64,000 nt of DNA from assembly GCF_009914755.1 (NCBI RefSeq), contig NC_060930.1. The stretch is one strand, 5' to 3'. The notes beneath the pieces are model-generated. The model did no database searches and was not told where the DNA came from. It saw only the letters and a list, made by a program, of their open reading frames with translations. The DNA is from the human T2T-CHM13v2.0 reference genome, Homo sapiens. Positions 54,963 to 64,000 of the stretch are shown here, one piece after another. The first letter of the stretch is position 1. The number at the start of each line of letters is the position of its first letter. The position numbers and the translations under genes were made by a program.

Positions 54963-57900
54963 TCAATCTTTATCTGTTTTATTGCATCAAAAGTCACATA
55001 TAAATTTATCTTCAAGGATTTAAGATGCAATAATAAACTCTGTGCTATAAAGTATCTGAAAAAATGTATTAGCTTTCAAATCACTTTACTCACCTATTTA
55101 AAGATAAGCTGTTCAATAATCCTGATATTTTTCTTGAGATAAGACAAAATCTCCTAACAGGGCATGCGAGACCATTAATAAGCAGATTTCTGTATATTTG
55201 TGACAACTTATGTTGCACCATATTGACATCCTTTTATTCTCTCTATTGTGTTGTTATCACATTGGCTTGGGATTCTTGTTACATGATGTGTTTTGACTTA
55301 GAAAACTTCTACAAAAGCATGCTTGCCAACTCATTCTAACTTTTCCATTTCACAGCTTAGGCATCTAGTGTAAATGCTCATCTCATGTGATCTGAGAGCA
55401 CTGTACTTTCCTTATATTACATAGTATGAATTTGGGGACTTAACTAGCTACAGAAAATGAGTTCTGTAAGAGTACAGTTGAGATCTTTCTTCTTATGACT
55501 GCAGAACTAACAAACAGCCAGAGTAGTGTCTGGCAAGAAAAAAGATTCAAAAGAGGAGAAATTTTTAAGCATTATTTAATCGCTATAGACAGTACCTTTT
55601 CACTGTACTCCAGAAGATGAATGCAGTTAAATTTATGGTCATAATTTCAATAAGTAATTTAAGCCAGTTTCAGAATTTACCAGTTAATAGCTTGGATAAT
55701 TTTTACTTTGTTTTATTTATTTTGTTTGTTTAAGCTTACTAATAACGTTTTAACAGGGGCATTAATAAAATGTAAACAAACCTTTAAACAGCACTGACAT
55801 TAGTTCTCCTTTTGGGTTCTCCAGTTTGAGAGAACACCCACCATATGATTTTAGGCAATATTAGCTAGATACCCATCTGAATTGAGTTAGAACTAAACAA
55901 AAATTGGAACTGTCTTGGTTACGAATTAATTATTGTGATAATGGTACTTTTATCTAAATGTTTAGTTCTGGAGATGGACAATGTAACAGAATGTCCTATG
56001 TAATATTTTATAACTTAATATTACAGTCTATTTAAGTGAATATTTGATGATTCATGGCAAATTTCAGGCTTTAGGTACCCAAAGTAAAAAGTCCCTATTT
56101 TCATAAACCTAAGGGAACTGAGCTACACAATTTTTGACATCTTTCTCCCTGATGGACTTAGACTTTCAATGTTTACCCAAAAAAAAAAAAAAAAGAACCA
56201 TATTTTCTTAGCTCTTTAAGTATTTTATGTTCGGTAGACCTTCTTATAAAGTAAAATAGTAATTATGTGATTGTATTACTCACATTGATATGTGCTGTTT
56301 TCTTTCTTTATACCTCCTTCCTATACTTTTGGTCCATTACCCATTTTAATTTTCTTAAGAGAATTTTTAACTATTTATACCTGATATAACATTATACATA
56401 ATGTTCATTTTTCATTCTTTATTTAACAAACATATATATCATTCCAGATACTGTTCTAAAAACTGAAAAAATATTAGTGAATCTAACAGAGATAGCCTTT
56501 TCCCCTCAGGTAAATTTTATAGTCTAGAGTACAATAAAAACACCGGGGAAAGTAATTAATGTAAAATCTCAACTTCAATGTGATGAAATATATCTTAAAA
56601 CTTCTAATTATAAAAGAAAGAATGAAATAAAATAAACTTTACAGCAAATTTAATCTTTCATTCTTGAGTTTTAGTGATAACTGGAAATGCAGTAAAACTG
56701 TCAAAATTAGACTTAAACATTTCTGAAAACTTGGCTTGTCATTGAGTTAGAATTTTTAATTTAATCTCATTATTTTAAATAAATTCTGCTACTGATGAAA
56801 CAAGCTTACTTCTCTTTAAATTTGATGTTACTCAAAATGTTAAGGTAGTTATATTTTTGGTTGCTACATAACAATAATAAGTTCAAGAATAATAGCTTCT
56901 CATCATCTAACTAGAACATTTACACCTAACCCCATTGATCATCTAAGACGGCAATAGAAGAAAATTAGTTTAGATATCTAGTCATAGCTTTCAGAACTAA
57001 TAGATAACTTTATTATTGCAATTCTCTGCTGGGTAGACTTTACATTTGTGCAATCCATTTGATTTAAACTCCAGTTGCCAAGTGCCCCATTCTAAACTAT
57101 GTAACTCTAAATCCTTTACTCCCATTGCACATGCTTTTAAATTCCTTTTACTTTGTTTCTGATACGCTCTTCAAATGGATCTGAGAAGGATTGTATTTGT
57201 TATTATATTAATATTGTTCTTGAATAAAGCTGTTATATTAAGTGCTTCATAAAATACATGATTGTCTTAATAATAAAAAATTAAAACTTATTGGCCCGTT
57301 ATTGCAAAGGGTGATAAAAGTTACAGCCAGGCAGTGGAAAAAAAGAATATTGATATTTTTTGCCATTCTTTTTGCGAGATTCTTTTTTTTGGGAAGAATC
57401 CCTGAAAGCCATTTATCTTGCTTTATATGAAATTATTTTTTTCTAAAATAGTTTGTAAGATTATTTCATATATTTTGGTAGCAATAGCTAAGTATGCAGC
57501 AAGGCAAGAGCAAAGAAATTAATTGTTGAATAAAATTCTCACTTTGAAATTCAAGTAAAGGGCTTCAGGCCTGGAGAACTCACTGAACTTGGAGATCATT
57601 TCTTAATATCCTCCAATGAGATGTGCCAGATACCTGCAAGGGTCTGGAAAGTGGATACTGCACTCTAGAGCTTACTAATATTGATTCGTATACACACAAA
57701 ATTCACCTTTTGCCCTGATGCTTCTTTGAGCGAGAAAATAAACAGGCACACTAATATTTTAAATATATATATATATTTTTTTATAAAATCCACAAATAAT
57801 CTGATTACTAGAACATTCAATTGGGTCCTTAATTTAAACAAAAAAGCCTACACGGTTGGAAATCAAGAATAATTATTTTTCACTATGTGAGGATAATTTT

Positions 57901-58144
57901 GAGGACAAAACAAGTCAGGCATTTTCATGCAGTGACTGAATAATCTATAATTATTTGTTATCTATAAAAACTGCTAGAAGGAATCTGTGGAATAAATATA
58001 TTTAGAAAGTGGTGTTATAATTTAATGTGGTTGTTTGAAAATCCAACTACTCTATATCAAACCAGAAATTTGAAATACATATTTGCTTTGTCATATTTGC
58101 TTATATCTAAAACAGTATTATTCTTTTAAAAGATTAATGTTTTT

Positions 58145-58480
58145 AAAACATTCTTTGAGTTCTGGGGTACATGTGCAGAACGTGCAGGTTTGTTACATAG
58201 GTATACACGTGTCATGGTGGTTTGCTGCACCTATCAATCCGTCATCTACGTTAGATATTTCTCCTAATGCTATCCCTTTCCCAACCCCACACCCCGTGAC
58301 AGGCCCCAGTGTGTCACGTTTCCCTCCCTGTGTCCATGTGTTCTCATTGTTCAACTCCCACTTATGAGTGAGAACATGCAGTGTTTAGTTTTCTGTTCTT
58401 GTGTTAGTTTGCTGAGAATCATGTTTCCAGCTTCAACCATGTCCCTCCAAAGGACATGAACTTATCCTTTTTTAATGGCT
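58145..58480 (-). mobile_element. Short 5'-truncated L1PA7-like 3' end
   Basis: Closely similar to 13105-13430; flanked by taatgttttt / taatctttt (possible TSD). Confidence 0.9.
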
Positions 58481-58794
58481 AATCTTTTAAAAACAGACCA
58501 CAACAACAATTTACAAAACCTCTTTTATACTTTTCTAATATTATATTTTATGCCTGTTCTTTCTGAATTGCCTACTCTTTCAATAGGCATAGAATTATTT
58601 CAAATAATTTTTCTTTTTCTCCCATATTTTTCACATATTTTTCACATATTATTCACATATTATTTCACATATTTTTCTTTTTCTCCCATTTCCCTATATT
58701 TTAGAGTTAAACTATTTAAATTAATATACTATCTAAAATTAGAAGAGCTTTAATAAGCAACTTCAAATTAACTGTTGACAGGTTTCTATCAGTT

Positions 58795-59070
58795 CAGCAA
58801 TGGTTTAGCACAGTGAAGAGCACGGGTTCTGCGTCAGATTTCTTTGATTTTAATTCTGACTCCATCAGTTAATAGCTGTGAGATCCAGCGCAAATCACTT
58901 ACACTTTTTAAGCTTCAATTCTCTCATCTTTAAAATGAGGGTAATAATACTTAATTCAAAGGATTTTTAAAGATTAAGTGCAATAATGTGTGAGAAGTAT
59001 TCTGTACAGCAGAAGACTAACATGTAAAGTATTTAACAATTGTGAGCAATTATAGCCATTAGTTATTATT
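58795..59070 (+). mobile_element. MIR
   Basis: Core 'agcttcaattctctcatctttaaaatgagggtaataatac'. Confidence 0.75.
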
Positions 59071-59449
59071 CAATACACAGTTAACAATGAGAAAAACACA
59101 GAGAAATTTTCTCCATTCTATTAGTGACTAAGTCCCATAGGTAATTTTATGTCCCTCATATATATAAATTTATTGACCAGAATAATTTCAAAATATTCCA
59201 CTGTTAACCATATGCATCAAACACAGCACATTAGTCATATAATAAACTTTATAATAAACTTTTTTATTTTACTATATTAATATAATTCTATATTGGCACA
59301 AGCACTATTGTTTTTTTTTTTTTGCATTTTAAGAAAGAAACTGCTTTTGTCCATTCCTGCTGGTAGAACTCTAATTTTTATGGTTGTATTATCTCCATAA
59401 TTTAAATGAATATATAAAATGAATCAGTGTAAAAATGTGGGAAGCAAAA

Positions 59450-59620
59450 CTGGTATTCTTGGGTTACTTACTATGTGTGAGTCACTGTATTAAGTAATTA
59501 GCCTATATTAATTCAATGAACATCAAAATACCACCCAGGGGTTATCGCCATCATTCCCATGTCACAGATGAAGAAAATGCAGCTTAGACTAGATAAGTAA
59601 CTAATTCACAGTCACAAACT
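59450..59620 (-). mobile_element. MIR fragment
   Basis: 'cccatgtcacagatgaagaaaatgcagcttaga' is the antisense core. Confidence 0.65.
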
Positions 59621-59824
59621 GGCACCATACTTCCTTGCATGACAAAGGTTTGCTATTTGAATGTTACAACATAGTTGAGACTCGCAAGAGTCTGAATATT
59701 TTTATAATTTGTGTATTAACTTTGTGGAAATGATAATAACAAAGTACGTATAAAAATAGATTTTTGTAAACTTTTGGAACATAATTTAGCTTCAGATGTG
59801 ATGGATTTGTAATTACTTATTGTA

Positions 59825-60046
59825 GAAACTGGCATTTTTTTTCCTGTGAAGGGTCAGGTAGCAAATATTTCAGGTTTTTCAACTCATACAATTCTATCAT
59901 ATATTCTTCTTCAATTTTGTTTTCTTTCATTGTTTTTACAGTGGTTTAAAGATGTAAAACCATTCTTAGTTCTTAGGCCAGATTTAAAGCAAGCTGCTGG
60001 CTGGATATAACCTGTGGGATGTAACTTGTGTGTTGTTGACTCCTGG
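59825..60046. mobile_element. MER58-like hAT element
   Basis: 'ctgtgaagggtcaggtagcaaatattt' and 'atgtaaaaccattcttag'. Confidence 0.65.
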
Positions 60047-60589
60047 TCCAGAACAAAAATAATTGTTCATCTTTCATTATTATGCAAGTATTTGGACAAA
60101 TAAGCACATGTATGAGACCATATGCCATAGAAATATAAAATAACAGTGACAAAGTTTTAACAATATTTTATCATTAAAATAAAAGTAAATTCAGATATAC
60201 ATTATGTACATTGTTTTATGTAAAGCAAATAAGTAAAATATGGTTTATAATTGTGTCCTATAAAGGGACATTGTTCTTCTGGACGTACGTTTTTGAACAA
60301 AAGTCATATGGAGTTGTCAATTGATGCCACAGTATGAGAAGAATCTTGTCTTCATGTTGTGTCATATTGCTTTTGCCAAATAATTTTTGCTTTAAGGATT
60401 ATTACAAATTAGTGGTAAATATAGTTTTTTTTTAACTATATAGAAATGATGTTAACAATATTGTCCTTCATATAATCTTGTGTTAACATATAATTAAAAC
60501 AAAAATTTAATAAATTACTTAATGTACTTAACTGTCCCAAAATGTGGAGAGGAATCTATGTTTCTTTTAAAGAAATAATGTCAATTTAA

Positions 60590-61155
60590 TGACTTTTATT
60601 TATTTCTCTTGTCTGATTGCTTTGACTATGACTTCCAGTACTATGCTGAATAAAAGCAGTGAAAGTGGGCATCCTTGTCTTGTTACAATTTTCAGGGGAA
60701 ATGCTTCATCTTTTCCCGATTCAATATAATGTTGGCTGTGGGTTTGTCATAGATGGTTTTCATTACCCTAAGCTGTGTCCCTTCTATGCTGATTTTGCTG
60801 AGGGTTTTAATCCTAAAGGGATGCTGGATTTTGTCAAAATATTTTTTCTGTGTTTATTGAGATAATCATATAATTTTTGTTTTTACTTATGTTTGTGTGG
60901 TATAGTGGTATATCACATTTATTGACTTGCTTATGTTAAACCGGCACTGCATCCTTGATGAGACTTGATCATGGTGTATTATCATTTTGATATACTGTTG
61001 AATTCAGTTCGCTAGTATTTTGTTGGGGATTTCCGCATCTATGTTCATCAGGGATATTGGTGTGTAGTTTTTTGTTGTTGTTGTTATATCCTTTTCTGGT
61101 TTTGGTATTAGAACAATATTCACTTCCTTGAAGGATTTAGGGAGCATTCCCTCTT
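60590..61155 (-). mobile_element. L1PB-type ORF2 internal fragment
   Basis: 'gtgaaagtgggcatccttgtcttg...ttggctgtgggtttgtcatagatgg' is RT-region antisense. Confidence 0.8.
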
Positions 61156-62155
61156 ATTATGCAGATATCTTTAGGGTAAAAATAACTTATAAGCTTTTCT
61201 TTATTACATTAATTTATGTAAGATTAAAATAAGATACAGTCAGGGTAAAATCACTTATAAAACACAAAGTAAAATGTGATTTTAAAAATAATATAATATA
61301 TGTAGTAATGCTTACCTACTAGTTTTTAAACATATTTTTACATTTCCATTAAGAATTGCCTACTTAAAATTCTGCTTGTGTTTTCCTGGAAGATTTCTGA
61401 GTAATCTTTTCATACTGTGATATTAATCCTTTGTGTATGTTATAGATCACAAGCAGTTATTTGGAGTATAATTAATTTGTCATCTGATTTGTTTGTTCTT
61501 CCATACAGAAAAATATAATTAATAATATATTATTTTATGGCTTTTGTGTTTTCTGTTTTCCTTAATCAGACCTTTTCCACTAGAACCATTTACGTTCATT
61601 TTTCTTAATTTTTCTAATATTTTATAGTTTTATTTTCAATAACTATATCTAAAAATGAACAGAAATTATTTATTTTATATACAGTGTATCTGGGCGTACA
61701 CCTTTGATTTTTCTTTCCCATAATTTCATCAATTATAGCTAAATAAATTAATCATTATTCCTCATTGATGTACTAACTTTTCTCAGTTCTATTTGTTTAC
61801 TACTATTATAATGCTAGTTGATTTCATTATACTAATTTTATTTTGAGTCTTCAATAATTTGTGGATATTTTTTAAAAATCCAATTAAAATTCTAAGATGT
61901 GTATTTCTTTTTTTGATCTTATGAGTCACTTATAACAATTTCAAGAAACCACTCTTGAATTATCATTGTCATTTCAGTAAATTCCTATATTTATTTAACA
62001 GAATTGATATTTTGAAATTGCCTTCAAAACCACAAAAACTGCACACCTCTCACTATAACTCAGGTACATTTATTTACTTTAATAATTTTGTTGCCCTATT
62101 CGTACAGGGCCTCGATATTTTCTGTATAATTTTTTAGGAATTTTTATTTTTGCCA

Positions 62156-62474
<319 letters not shown>

Positions 62475-63342
62475 TTTTTGCCAGTATTTTAAATGAAGTT
62501 TTAAAATGATCTCTAATTGTTGTTGCTGCCTTATAATAGAATGCTTAGAATTCTATTTTATGGCACTAAAATAGAATGGAATGTACTATGGAAAATGTTC
62601 TTTTCTTGTTTTCCAGAATTAGCTAGTACAACACAAAATTGAATTTAAAGACATAGACAGTACTTGACATTCTGAAGAGCGTTCATTCATGGGGGGACAC
62701 CCTCTTTAGGACATATGAAATGTACCTTAACTGGCTCTAACCATCAGCATCCTTGTGGATTTCAGTTAAATAATAGCCAAAATAATATTTTCTCTAATTT
62801 TGATCCTATCAAATTTATTATTTTCACCATTACTAATTGATTTTGGCTAGGAGAATGCATTTTGTTATATTTAATTTTTTAATTTCCTGTTCACTAGAGA
62901 TGGAAATTAGGAATAGCTACCAAGTTTTATTGTGTGATTTGTCATCATCCAGAAGTAAATGGTTTTATATATACTTTAATTTGTTTATTTAAAAATTTAT
63001 GTTGATATATTTCCCTACTTGACCAAGTCTTACCCTGCTAGAATAAACATTACTTGATCATACTGCATATTTCAAAAGGTATGTAAATTTAATTTATTTA
63101 ATTATGTTTTCTTTAGATTTATTGTACCTAAGACCATTTTGATCAATATATAATTTTTAGATGTTTTGTGTAATATGTAATATAATTTGATTTTTACATA
63201 TGCTCAAAAAAGAATATTTTCTACATCAATAGATGAAAAAATAAAGGGTGTTAATTATAGCAATAATTTTTACATTAGAAATAAAGAGGTCTTGAGGTGC
63301 AATATTACATTAATCTAAAGAAGGAACTATGTATTTCAAACA

Positions 63343-63726
63343 TGTTATGGCTGACTTGCGTTCCCCATCCTAAATTTTTTCTAGCTTGAAGTACTAACTT
63401 TTAGTAGCTGAGAATATTATTGTATTTGGAGATAGAGTGTTTAAAGCAGTAATTAAGTTTAAATGAGGTCATCAGAGTGGGATCTAATCCAATACAACTA
63501 GTTTCCTAATAAAATGAAAGATTAGGACACACAAAAGGAAGACCTTATGAAGGAACAGGAAGAGGACAAAGATCTACACAAAAACCAAAATGAGAGTCCT
63601 CAGAGAAAAACCAACCTTGCTGACACTTTTTTCTTTGACTTCTACTGTCCAGAATTGTGAAAAAATAAATTTTGTTGTTGAAGCCCCTCAGTGGCTTTGT
63701 TGCAGCAACCCTGGTAAACTAATACA
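63343..63726 (+). mobile_element. MLT1B-type solo MaLR LTR
   Basis: tgttatgg...'tatttggagatag'...'aaatgaggtcat'...'ccagaattgtgaaaaaataaattt'...aaactaataca. Confidence 0.8.
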
Positions 63727-64000
63727 ATATAATATCTATTTATTTAATGATATGTAGATACAGCCATGTCTCCTGGAAATGTTTGGTTTATTTTTGAAGT
63801 AAATATTTTATATTAGAATAAAGATCAGGCTTACATAAAAATAAATGTATCACAGGAAACCCTAGCAAAGCTATAAGCAGTGTTCACTTTTGTAATAATG
63901 TGCCTACTTTAATGGTTTTGTTTTGGATTCTCTGAGTATTTTAGCCAAACAAAAACATGCTGAAAATCATACTCAACACATAATCTATAATAACATTATC

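Noticed and set aside
58621-58676. About 11-bp tcacatatt minisatellite, roughly 4 copies
   Set aside because: Short low-complexity tandem repeat without spacers.

Overview
AT-rich, repeat-dominated primate genomic DNA, almost certainly human (it carries AluYb8 and AluYg6 insertions). I recognise no host protein-coding exon. The ORFs I can assign are retroelement remnants (L1 ORF1/ORF2/ORF0-like, Alu, THE1-int); the rest look like chance ORFs. Main contents: (i) a THE1D MaLR provirus joined to an LTR-less MER4-group ERV1 internal segment that hosts a MER30 and a full-length U6 snRNA retrocopy; (ii) a nested stack at 8.6-21.6 kb, where an old L1MA is interrupted by a 5'-inverted (twin-primed) L1PA4/5 that itself contains an Alu, by a full-length ~6.4 kb L1PA7-like element and by an AluSp; (iii) a relatively unique 21.6-26.3 kb stretch with a close inverted Alu pair and candidate splice signals; (iv) a 192-bp tandem duplication with an AluYg6 in its second copy; (v) a truncated THE1 and a second L1 stack at 40-50 kb that includes a probable ~0.4 kb L1 3' transduction; (vi) an MLT2A solo LTR, assorted old repeats and a young AluYb8. 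I found no convincing novel biological system. The best leads are retrotransposition fossils and possible TE-driven non-coding transcription. Subfamily names come from recalled consensus diagnostics, not a database search.
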